Positions 48,089 through 60,647 are shown, numbered from the stretch's first letter. The stretch: 64,000 bases of DNA from Antedon mediterranea (GCF_964355755.1 NC_092671.1:2356001-2420000), one strand, 5' to 3'. Numbers and translations: made by a program. The notes: generated by a model from the letters alone, not told the origin.

Positions 48089-51000
48089 ATGATATTGATA
48101 TGGAGTTTGTTACTGAGTGCCGGGTATCAAGGTAAGCAGTTGACTGGGCGCGTAACGTTGCGCGTTAAAGTTAACAATCAGAATGCGAATTAAATGCCGT
48201 TTGCTCTTTACTTCTAAAATGCTGTGTATGTGTTATTATAACGTGCAATGTTTTGATTCGATTATCAGGTTTAAATCTTTTAAAGGAAATGTGTAAATCT
48301 CTTCGTTAAAGTTTTAGAGTCATTACAGTTACAATGTTTAGGGCTACATAATGAACTTGATACAGGTTCTTATTGTGTAGATTTCTACTTGCTCATAAAT
48401 GAAGGAAAGTAATTTAGGCCTACTTTAAGCTGCTTCCACATCGCGCCCGGATTCGGTCCGCCGGTGCCTTGAGAAAAATACCGTGAAAAATGGATTCAGT
48501 GGTAAAGCGTATGATTGTTCACACCAAATTTGTACGATTTGAATCCGTACCTGATTAGGTCTTCGAATTAGTAGCGATGGATTAAGAAGCGCTTTTGTTT
48601 TCTGAAATCTTCTTTTTTTTTCTTTCGTCCAATCAGCAGTGAGCATGAATGAGCTCGCTTGACAACGGATAACCAAATTCGTGCTTAATGTGAGCACACT
48701 CAACGTTCGCGATATTTTTCTCAGGGCGCCGGACAGAATCTGGGCACAATGTGAAAGCAGCTTTAATCAATGCTTTTAAACAAAATAATGAAATCAATGA
48801 ACAAAAATATACATGGAAAAAAGTGGAGGCGATGTTTTAGCTTGGTTCCCTGGGTGAAGTGCAATGCAGGTAATTTGACCAATCAGACGACGGGATCATT
48901 ATCCTTCGCGTCGAGATTGGTCAAATTACTTGCGTTGCGTTTACGCTCTTAAGCTTGGTTCCCACTAGGACGTAACGCAAGGACGTAAACGCAACGCGAG
49001 CGTTTTAACCAATGACAAGCGAAGTTATAGACAGTTAGCAATTACAAGCGAATAAGCCATCGCGTGTGATTGGTCAATTCACTTGCGTTACGTTACGTCC
49101 TTGTGTTGCGTCGCTAGTGGGAACCACGCTTTATGAGAACGGAATCATGGCTATTAAGCTTGGTTCCCACTAGCGACGCTACGTAACGGAAGAAAATGCC
49201 CTTCCAATAATTGTGTTTGCCCCCGCCTGCGTGAAATCAAACCTGCGATATTTGCAGCACTGTTGCGTCGTTGGTTCCCACTTGTGATTACGCAATACAG
49301 CACAGCGTTGCGTTCTAGTGGGAACCACGCTTTACAACAATGATCATCTTCGAGTATTAGCGTTTCAGAGTTAATCATCTTAAAATCAGCTAAAACAGTC
49401 ACGTGATTTATTTCAGTCAATGGTCAGATCTCTTGTGCTGAACTTAAACAGCAGGGTGATCTAACAAATGGGTTGAAAACCATAGACCCAGAGGAGGCAG
49501 GTGCCGGGGGTATACAGGTTGAATGTGATATGACCTCTGACCCCAATGATGGTAAGTTCATGATTCATGTAGGAATATTGCAAATATTTACCCAGTTGGC
49601 GATTGTAAGTAATAATTAAAACTCGGTAAAACATCCTGTAGTACCACTTATTTCACAAATAATCTCGTTCTGCTTAACAACTGTGGAAAAATAAGTTGTG
49701 TTATTAATTATGTTCTTACAATGGTTTATAATTAAAAGATAAATAGCAATGACAATTTATAGCCGGATCTAGCTTTTAAAATAACATAATATAATATAAA
49801 AGGTATGACTATTTTCGTTATTAATGTATATAGATGACGTCGTACCCTAATATGATCACGTGACTACTTTGATTTTCATTGGCATCCATTAATTTGTGGT
49901 TAACAGAATAAAACGATCGCTAATTAATTGTGTTTGTTTTAAAGGTATAACAATTATTAAAAACGGTGAGGTTCGTAGGTTAGTGAACGGGTACGAAAGC
50001 ACAGGACAATACTCAAGAACAATCTCTTATAGCGGTTTCACAATGGAACAGATAGCACAGTTAATCACAAAATCAGCATCGTGTGAACAGTATGTTGAGG
50101 TAAAATTCCGTTACTTAAAGCTATGTTTACACGCTCTTTTATATATAAACATCCAATGACAATTGGATTAATAATAATAATTAAATGTATATATTTTATC
50201 TGAATTTTAGGTAATCATTTACTGTATCGAATTGTTAAACAGGACATAGGCCTTTCTAATTTATTGACTGAATTTATTAATTTCTTAACATAAATTATGG
50301 TCTATTATTCACAGATATTTATTGTTTTGATTAGTTTAGCTTTTTGCCGTTATTGTCTTGTAGTTCCTGATTCAAATTGTTTAAAGAATGGTACAGAGTT
50401 TATTAATAAAGTTTATTCTAGAGTTTATATTGGGATACCTAAGTACAAGTCAGTATATCGTAGGTCTATGCTACAACATAGGAATTTTTCAAAGAGCAGG
50501 GTGGCCCATGATACCAGTTCAGTGTCCACATTTAATATAGATCTTCTATCATTATGCGTCGATATCCACCCTAACCCGGGGCCTGATTCCACTTCTAGGT
50601 CGACTGATGCTCTAAAACGTTCTGAATCTAGTATTGTAGGTAGGTCTGGTGTGACAGGCTCTATTATATGTGGTACTTGCGCTAGTAACATTTTTCGGAA
50701 CCGTCAGCAGGTTACTTGCTGCAACTGTCAAATGGTTTTCCATGCTAGTTGTGTCTCGATTTCTCAGGCTAATTATAGACGGTTTTATAAAGGTAGGAAT
50801 TACACCTGGACATGTTTTGTATGTGCATTGCCGCGGTTGAATGACTCTTTTTTTAGTGATGACTTCTCACTCAACTCCACTTTGGACTCTATCCAAGATA
50901 ATCAATCGGATGCTAGTGTTCACAAAAACAATCCATGTCTGACTGGAGTATGTATGAATGCCCGCAGTTTGAAGAACAAACTTTCCTGCTTTGACAATCT

Positions 51001-54000
51001 GGTTCATCAAATGGACTTAAGTCTGATTGGAGTCACAGAGAGTTGGCTTGACGACACAATCCTGGATGGCACTATCTCATCTCAACATGTCATCTTTAGA
51101 AAGGATCGTGCTACCCGTGGTGGTGGAGTCTTACTGGCAATAAAACCAGAGTTGGACCCTAAACGCATTTTACATCCCTCTATGGCCGATATCGAATGTG
51201 TTTGGGCTGAATTCAGTTTAAAAGACGGAAAGTGGCTATGTGGTATATATTACAGGCCACCTGGTGATCCAATTCTGCCAATCATCTGGAAGAAGTACTG
51301 CTGAACTTAAACATCCAACAGTTCAAAGGAGTTGTCCTAATGGGGGACTTTAATATCAACTGGTTGGAAGCTGGTTGTAATCCGGCTAACCAGCTACTTA
51401 CTAAAGTCTCCGAGTGGACTTCATCCTTAGGCCTTCGTCAGATGATTGAGGAGCCAACGAGAATTGCAACCAGTTTAGATCGAAATAGCACTCTCATTGA
51501 CCTACTATTTACCAACTGTGATCAACAAGTGTGTGACATACGTGTTATGGAACCATTCTCAACCTCTGATCACTGCATGATTTCCTTTCGGATTCGCGGT
51601 GAGCCTAGGGTCATGGCCCTTCCGATAAGGACAAAATACCTGTATAATAAGACTGACATAGAATTACTTAACAATAGTGTCAGAAGTATCACATGGGACT
51701 CAATTTATGATGACAAATCTGTTAACAAAACATGGGAAAAGTTCCAATCATTATTTATGGACTGTATCAATGCTGCAATCCCTAACAGAAGACAGAAAAA
51801 GAAAACCAAACCGTGGATTTCTCCGGATATTAAGCGTCTTGTAACATTAAAACGTCGACTATTTAAACGTGCAAAGTCTTCAGGCACTGTTGAACACTGA
51901 AATAGTTACAAGAAAATTCGTAATAAAGTAAAATACGATATAGGTCGATGTAAAAGTCAATTTTTAAATGACCTAATGTCTAAGCCGCACAACACGAAGC
52001 AGTTCTGGTCTTATGTAAAATCTAAAAGACAGTCAGTTCAGTGTTCCATCTTTGAAGTCAATGGTATAGCATGTTCCGATCCTATCATTATTGCAGATTC
52101 ATTTAATTCCTTATTTTCGTCATATTTTACTGAGCCTCCAAGTGACGAAAATTATACTATAAGTTCTCCTAATCTGGATATTCCAACTCTGGAAAACATA
52201 TATATTCACCCTGTCACTGTATATAAAAAATTGAGAAACTTAAAAAATGGAAAAGCACCTGGTCCTGACTGTGTGACATCGTCTATGCTGAAGCTATGTG
52301 CTGCTAGTCTGTCACCGTTGCTGACAGACATATACAAGTATAGCTTGTCTAGTGGCGAAGTACCTTCGGCCTGGAAAGATGCAAATATTGCTCCCATTCA
52401 CAAAAAGGGCAAGAAAGGCGAATTGAAAAACTACAGACCGGTAGCCTTAACTTCGCTATTTTGCAAAGTATTGGAGAGTATAGTTGCTGATGAACTTCGT
52501 AACCACCTAAACGAGTTCGGCCTTCTGTATGATGCGCAGCATGGATTTAATCCTGGTAAATCTTGTTCAAGCTTGCTAGCCGAGGCGACAACATCATTGA
52601 CAACCTTACTTGACAAAGGTGTCCCACGCATTGATATTGTTGCACTAGACTATAGTCGTGCATTTGATTCAATTTCGCACTCTACACTGATTTCTAAACT
52701 AAAAAGAACCTATGGAATTGGTGGTTCCATGTTGCCTTGGTTGGAATCATTTTTAACTGGACGTAAGCAACAAGTTGGTTTTAATGGAAAGATGTCCGGC
52801 AAGAGTTGCGTAATATCAGGGGTTCCTCAGGGGTCTGTGCTTGGACCCCTGTTATTTAATATATATGTTAATGATCTACATATGCACCTACATGCAAAAC
52901 CATATCAATATGCAGACGACACTTGCATTGCTAAATGTATAATGACGGAGGAAGATAGTTTATCTCTGCAATAGGACATTGACACGATCTCCTGGTGGTC
53001 AGCACCACCACATTTTTGTTACAAATATATTATATAAATTACAGAATAGTTTTATTTTAAATATGTTGATTATCAATTGTAGGCATTTGGATGTTCTGAC
53101 TTTTAAACATCTTGCATCCAAAACTGATAGTGGAAAGTATTGTATCCCAACCAGATTTATCCGTCTGTGGAATGCACTACCGGTCAATATTACAGACGCC
53201 TTTGTTTGCGGAAGTTGGGTACAATTTAAAAACATGTTAATGGACCACTTTAAAAACACTATGCCTCTTTAATGTATATAATCATAGTATTTATATTACT
53301 TATTTACATTGTTTTATGTTTTATTGTATGCTTTGAGTGCTGGTGTGGCACGCCTTATGGCGACAGTGGTCCTTCGACCTCTTTTGCCACTCCTTGGCAC
53401 ACTCAAAGTCTATGTATTGTTTTAATTGCTAAAATTAAATTAAATTAAATTAATAAAATCCAATGTGTTTGTTCCGCGTTCAAATACACCACAGTTGTAA
53501 TCCGATGGGAAGGCATATTTCTATCGCTTGTCTACCCTTATATTTCGAAATCTATCGAAGTTAATTTACATTTGTTTCCAATGTAAACATAATTATACAT
53601 GTCCCAAACGGCGCCCTGTAGTTTCACATTCTTTATTCATTTTAGTTTGAAAGTCATCATTCATGGATGTATTTTTATGCAAACAACCCGTTTGCTTGGT
53701 GGGTATCAAGAGACGGTGAACACATGTACACCTGGGGAGGTGGGAAAACATATAAGAGGACCTGCGCATGTGGACTGACAGGTAAGTTAATAATAATAAT
53801 ATTTATTTGGAACAACACTTTTTTAACAGTAGTGACACACATGCGTAGATGGTGCGTCCATACAATTACAAAATTTAATACAAAAACAATGGAAAATAAA
53901 AACTGAAACTAAAACATTTTTCATATTTGATTATTAACTATAAACATAAAATTTGACTCAATGCTATTAAAAGAACTTATTTTAAAACTAAAACTACACT

Positions 54001-57000
54001 AATACAACTACTAATTTTGCAACAGCAATGGAAAAGAAAACACACATTTTTAAAATAAAAAGCACAGCTGTGTAAATTTTACAATAACTGTCAAACACAG
54101 CATAAATCTCATGAGAGTTATTTTTATGAAATAACATGCTTCCTAGGACATATTGAACCTACTAGATAGGTCACCAGAAATAAAATTAACCCAAGTATTT
54201 ACACAATTCATTGCAATAAGATTACATTGAAGTGTTTACTGTATGTAACCATGACATTTCAAAGACGTTAAGGCCAATTTACACAGACTAGCGATAATAA
54301 TAGATATGATAACAATATAGGGTCATTCCTTATGACCATTTACACAATGCGCGGTTTCCGCTTAGGATAGATTCAGATTCTACGTGTGGGACAAGCTACG
54401 CGGTTTTCCGCTTACCGTTTACCGCTCATCTGTGTAAATTGGCTTATAATTCAAATATAATCTTTTTTTTAATCCAAAACCTTCTGTCAATATTTTATAC
54501 CTTATACTTATTCTACACCTAGTTATTCGTTAACAATGTTTTTGTCCATCCGTTTACTTTACATTTTACTTTGTACTTTGTCATTAATCAATCTCTGTCC
54601 ACACTATCAAACTTGTGATGTGCCCATATATGGATGATGATGTCATAACACTATACTATATTTGGGGATATCACTTTTTTTTGGCAAAATATTGAAGACA
54701 GAGCTTTATACATTTGTTTTCTTTGCCAAATACCTTCACGTTCAAAGTTTGGATTTTTAAATACATTTTTCCACTTAAATTCAGATCGAGGAGTTGAGTA
54801 CAATGTATTTTTATTTTTCTGAGTATCAATCATGCAAATAAGAACGCTAATTTTTCTCTGTTCATACCATGGATTAAATAATTAGAAATATTCAATCCAT
54901 GCTTATACACAGTGCATTCAACTCAACTTTTAGAAAAAAAATGTAACTCACGCCCAATTAAATACAGAGTCTTTATCTGCTGGTTCGGCCTGCCTCGGAT
55001 AATCTGACGTATTGGTATCTGGTTCGGCCTGCCTCGTGTAATGACCTATCAGTATCTCACTGTAATCATTCTTTATTACTCTTAGGAAGTTGTAGTACCT
55101 CCAGTAAACCTTGTAATGCCGATACCAACGATTACCGAACTCGATTTGATAGCGGGATTTTGACGGATAGAGCCCGACTGCCAGTAACCAAGTTCCAGGT
55201 TGGAGATACCGGTACATCTTATGAATATGCATTCTTTATAATCGGTCCTCTAAAATGTCGAGGTAATCACAGGCTTTCATAACTTGTTGATTGCCAATAC
55301 CCTTTTTATGTCGCCTCTTGCAAAACTCGTTTTATTTGGTGTTTTCCCCGGTATGTATGGATGTTGAGGATATGACGACGACGACGACAATGATGATGAT
55401 GACGACGACGACGATGATGATATGATGATGACGATGACGACGATGATGTTGATGATGATGACGACAACGACGACGATGATGATGACGACAACGATAACGA
55501 CGACGATGATGATATGATGATGAGGACGACGATGAGGACGACGACGGCGATGATGATGATGACGATGATATGATGATGACGACGACGATGAAGACAGCAA
55601 CGACGATGATGATGACGGCGACGATGATGATGTTGATATTGATGATGATGACGTCGATGACGACGACGATGAAGATGATGATGATGATAATGACGATGAT
55701 TTTTTCCATTGTTGACAGTGCCATAATGTAAATCACACTCATTAAAGCACACATATTATTTTAACTATAGGGGTAGCACCTCCAGCTCTGCATTCGTGCG
55801 CTGAGGTGAAAGCGGCTGGCTTCACAAAGACTGATTCTTATCTTATTGATCCAGACGGTGATGGCGGTGATGATGCTTATTGGGCGTACTGTGATTTGGA
55901 ATTGAGCGAAGACGAAGGTATTGATACTTATTAGCCAAGGCATCATTTTCTCTGGAAACTATGGTAGTACGAGCCTTCTTTAGCCACAAATAACCCTGGT
56001 ACTAACTGAGACCGAGGATTCGAACTACTAGCTGATAAATACAAGTACTACTTACTTAGGCCCTAATGTATAGTATTTTCTCCTTTATGTTAGTCACTAC
56101 TGTAGTATTCCATGATGTACCATATCGAACTTTTGTGGAAGGACCGACGACCCATTTACAGGTATTCACGTATTGGGCATCTGATGCGCAGATGATGGCA
56201 CTCACAGCAGAATCAAATGCCTGTCAGCAGTATTTTAACGTAAGTCATTATTCATGTTATGTAGCAAATAGCGAGCTTTCGAAAGAGGTGACGTCGGAAC
56301 TACCACTGAGCGCGTGCAATTTACAGTGCGCTTGCGGATACAAACAATTCCACGGACCGTTGAACAGGCTGAGTCGCCTGCCTCCCCCCACCCCCTCTCT
56401 CTATCGTTGATTGGTTAATTTACTGTTATACCGTTATATCACTCAAATATAGGCCTACTTTTTTCACTTGATAATTTTCATTAAATCTTTAGTATAATAT
56501 TGTTGTTTGATTGTACAGATTGATGTTAAAGAAGCGCACTTTGGAGGTAGTTATTGGCTGTCAATCACAGGTGTGCAAATGAAGAACTGGGGATTGGCAC
56601 CTGGCACTGTAGAAGGCTGTCCCTGCTCGCTAACGGGTGAGTAATAAGTGATTTGAGTTGACAAGCGATAGTTCGTATGATTCATCACGTAGTGATTGTC
56701 AACATTATTTTGAGCTTACGCTGCGCTGCAATGCAAATTATATTTTATATCTCAATAATATCCATTTCCTAACTGACAAGTTTTTTTTCGATACCAGAGC
56801 TCAAGTATACATATGATACGCCATATGTACCAAAATATTTTTTATCTTTTACATCTACAACCTAGCAGTGATATTGCTCCTCACAACAGGGCCAACAGAA
56901 AAAGTCACTGAACTGCGGCGGCGCGTAAGGGGATGACTATAAGTTAATATGCTTTTCATAGACAAATTAATGACTAATAACCATATTTTCGAAAACAAGA

Positions 57001-58769
57001 GTTGTGAAAACATAACCTAGCTAGTTCCACGTTAATGCTCAATGCCACACACCTTTAAGCTTGGTTCCCACTAGAAGAAAAATTCCGACGCTACGCAACG
57101 TAAACAAATAATCTTCTTAAGCGTGGTTCCCACTAGAGATGCAACGCAAGAAGGACGTACGCGCAACGCAAGCGAGTTGACCAATGACAAGCCACCGTTC
57201 GAATAATCCATCACTTGTGATTGGTCAAATCACTTACGTTGCGTTACGTCATTGCGTTGCGTCTCTAGTGGGAACCACGCTTTAACGATCTTCCCCTTAC
57301 GAGAAGTGGAATCATCACTATTGTGACGTAGGTAAAGCCAAAGCAGAAATCAGTGTTCAATATTCGTCTACGTCATCAAGCCTATATTACGTTTCGGTAA
57401 TTGTTTGCATTTACGTCCTTCCATGAGTCTTAGTGATGAAAATGTTGACCAGAAAAAACGTTTTAACTAAATTCCGTATTTCAAGATTCGTGCTACAATG
57501 GCGAACTTTGCAACGGATATGCAAATGATGGAAGTTGGCGGGAAGACAGGGGCGACATCATTGACAAAGAAGAGATGCCAATTAAAGAACTCAAAATAGC
57601 GGACGTAGACAGCTCTTCTGAATCAGCGTACTTCAGAATTGGCCCTCTCATATGTCAAGGTATGAAATATCTAAATTATATTATACATGAACCCCTATTA
57701 TGTGGACAACTTCGGAACCCAACAAAGTTTCCTTTAATATAGAGTGTCCCCCTTGATAGGCGGCTTGGCTGTAATGTAATGTTATTCGTTCAAAATGATT
57801 GTAACAATGATAACCTATCACTTAGAGGCCTAGTATTACTCTGTCTCTGTTTTCCAGGTTCCATACATGCACATAGAACAGTTCGCCGTGCCACCGCGTG
57901 TTACAAAGTAATAACTGCAGAAACTACGTGGCAAGAGGCAGCGAACGCGTGTAAACGAATCAACGCTTATCTAGCAACTATTGACGATGATGATGAACGC
58001 GTTTATCTGACTAAGTTGACGCACGCTCTCGTTGGACCACTGTCAACGCTGTGGTCTGCTGCAGAATGCACCCCAATCGACTCTGCAGACAGTGATAGCT
58101 GTGATGCCCAATATGGTTATATTTGTGAAAGTAAACGTAAGTTTAAAGTGAAATAATTAATATGCTCACAGCCCTGCTGACATACATTATGTTTTGTTTA
58201 GATGAATATTTATCAATAAATGGATAAATCAGTTAAGCAATAATAATTGTAGTTCAGTTTAGTGGCTCTTTTGAATTACGTCATATCCAACTGAAATCGA
58301 CCAAAATTGGTCCAACAACTTGACAAAATTGAAAACAACCTTTAAGCGTAGTAGCCTATGCTTACATCAGATCCTGGGTTGCGCCGTAATGTACTATGAC
58401 GTCATAAGTCTATAGATCTTAGTTTGCTCTGTAATTTACTATGACGTAATAAGTCTATAGGTCATAGGTTGCTTCGTAGTTTACTATTCATTCTTGTTTT
58501 TTCAAGTGTCTGAAATCAAATCCTACAAAAACGCCGGGATGAACAAATCGCCACTTGGAAGCTCGCTGCTGTCGTCTAGGAAAGCCGTGAGTTCTGGTGT
58601 TTGTAGCTTGTATTGTGAAGACACTGCCAACTGCAACTCCTTCTCGTACAACGCAGACACGCATGATTGCAAGATGAGCAGTGAGACCACCGACTCGAGT
58701 GCCGTTTCGGAGGACGGTTATGAACTTTTCACATTAAAGAGTACATATCAAAGTTGTGCAATGCTTTAG
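48089..58769 (+). CDS. Paralog E, divergent intact ~590-aa member of the same family
   Basis: Exons 48089-48131 (MILIWSLLLSAGYQ; in-frame upstream ATG at 48065), 49417-49551, 49945-50099, 53646-53781, 55086-55262, 55771-55917, 56094-56239, 56519-56636, 57486-57659, 57858-58136, 58507-58769. Sum 1773 nt, same intron phases as B-D. Exon 1 is the least certain assignment. Confidence 0.85.
48950..49330. mobile_element. Two adjacent AGC(G/T)TGGTTCCCACTAG MITEs of two subfamilies
   Basis: TIR pairs at 48950/49130 and 49156/49330. The first matches 11608-11786 and the second matches 12634-12835. Confidence 0.75.
50297..53455 (+). mobile_element. Degenerate CR1/L2-group LINE: 2A-like motif, PHD finger, AP endonuclease, RT; intron 3 of paralog E
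   Basis: C4HC3 PHD (CGTC..CCNC..FHASC..WTCFVC). APE motifs NARSL, VTESWL, RKDR..GGGV, YYRPP, GDFN, TLIDL, SDH. RT motifs KAPGPD, NYRPVAL, QHGF, GVPQGSVLGPLLF, YADD. Frameshift ~51300, stops at 51898 and 52972. (AAATT)n tail ~53431-53452. Confidence 0.9.
55372..55700. repeat. Compound (GAT/GAC)n microsatellite
   Basis: Read directly; intron 5 of paralog E. Confidence 0.95.
57057..57281. mobile_element. GGTTCCCACTAG-family MITE (57119-57281) next to a truncated copy
   Basis: TIRs agcgtggttcccactagag / tctctagtgggaaccacgct with tta flanks. Confidence 0.7.
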
Positions 58770-59130
58770 GTATTATTTGTGTACGTAGGCCATATTGGTG
58801 TCCTTCTAAAAAATATATATTTTAATGTCACATAGTAGTTAATCACCTTGACCAAAAGTGGATCAAAAAAAAAAATTATTTACCTGGAAAAACTGTAATT
58901 TAAAGCAACAAATAGTCAAATTGGCTATCAATATGTTTTTGGTTGAATTTAACCGTTTATTTTGTCTTATTATAATGAAAATATTATTTTGGGGTTTTTT
59001 TTCAACGGAAGGGATTAACTTTATTGCAATTATTTGACGCAAAACTCCTTGTTTGTAAAATGAAGTACCACTATTATTATTTATTATTATTTTATTATTA
59101 GTATTAGAAAATGCATATTCCAATATATTA

Positions 59131-59288
59131 GGCTCTGTCTACACTATCAAACTTTATGTGACAAAAAATGTAATGTGCCCATATATGGACATGATGATGT
59201 CATATCACTTCCATATTTAAGCATCACTACCATACTTGGGCACATCACCCTTTGTTTGTTAAACTAGTTTGATAGTGTAGACATAGCT
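59131..59288. mobile_element. MITE (GCTCTGTCTACACTATCAAAC TIR family)
   Basis: tta|ggctctgtctacactatcaaac...gtttgatagtgtagacatagct|tga. Confidence 0.75.
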
Positions 59289-60561
59289 TGAGAAGCTAGT
59301 GATGTTAAATATTAAATATCAGTAGTTACTTTCGTTTCCATTGCATATCATTTATCGACCATCGATTATTACACCAATCATTAAGCTAACGTATTAAAGT
59401 CATTCATATAAAGAGAATCAATATTCACAATATTACAGGCTATTATTTGTTGCTGTTTTGTTTTTTCACCATCGACACAATAACTAGTAGAGAACATGCT
59501 AAAAAGAACTTAAGAAAAAAAACAATGCAACAAAATGTTGGTGGAATTGTGTGTAGGCCTAAAATTACAGAAAAAAATGTTTTTTTTCAAGTTAAAATGT
59601 CCATATCTTCTTTAACTACTTGGTCTATTGGTACCACTAAAATACTCAAATAAATATTATCATTTTATTTGCCCTAATTGAAACAGTACATTTTGACCAA
59701 ATAACATTTAAAAAATTTTACCTGGATATGATATATCATTTCTGAAACTTACAGTTAATTCTATAGGATTTCGCAATCATTATATTCATCGTTAGACGTA
59801 TGCGCATGCGTAATTATATTCATAATGTTTAGGTTTCGTAATGAACTACTGACCAATCAGAAACAACAACATCCCACCGGGGAGCACATCACACGTCAAG
59901 ACGTACCCAAACATGACATGGAGAAGACAAAAATTTAAAGAAAATTGTAAGTTTTTTAATTATAACATTTTAACTATACACGTAAAAAAGGATTAAACTT
60001 TTATCATCGGATTCCATCCAATGAATCATCTAACTTAGGAAGGCCTAGTGATAACTAGGCTAGTCCCAGCCTCCAAAGGCTGAAATACCATAAACAAGCG
60101 ACTGTATTGTATGTAGGCCTATCGTTTGTTAGGCTGGCCAGCATCCAACTTAATATTTCATTATTAACACAACTGAAAAGGCATTCTTGTAGTGATCGAC
60201 ATTAATTATTCATCCATAACTATAAATGATATATAAATCATTTTAAAGTAGATGACACAATAATTATATAATCTTTTGAAAAATAAAAAGCATGGCTATG
60301 AATGATGTGAATCATACGGTACTCGCGGGCTAGACAGGCCTGCCAAAAAGCAAGCTCGCCATACTACAATCGTAAGTCCATGCATGTGTCAGTGATTAAT
60401 TATTTGAATGAACTTGTACGTGGGCAATCATTCAGGCCTAAGGAGACTTAATAAGCTTAATAGAAAAAAAACAAAAAGTTCAACATTTCGACTATATTGA
60501 AAGTAAATTTTAAAAATATATATACTAATATATCGAAAAAAATAAATTAAAAATAAATATG

Positions 60562-60647
60562 TCCTTCGAGCCGGATTTGAACCAGCGACCTAAGGATTAC
60601 TATTGAAACTCTACAGTCCTCCGCTCTACCAACTGAGCTATCGAAGG
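60562..60647 (-). tRNA. tRNA-Tyr (GTA) with 13-nt intron
   Basis: Minus strand CCTTCGATAGCTCAGTTGGTAGAGCGGAGGACTGTAG-[agtttcaatagta, 60598-60610]-ATCCTTAGGTCGCTGGTTCAAATCCGGCTCGAAGGA, the canonical metazoan tRNA-Tyr. T-run Pol III terminator just downstream. Confidence 0.96.

Noticed and set aside
55277-55754. His/Arg/Ser/Ile-rich ORFs
   Set aside because: Translations of a (GAT/GAC)n microsatellite.
195-58769. Calling the locus a CNTNAP/Neurexin IV gene or one giant multi-repeat gene
   Set aside because: No discoidin, LamG, EGF or transmembrane exons seen. Each unit has its own stop codon and, for B-E, its own signal-peptide exon.
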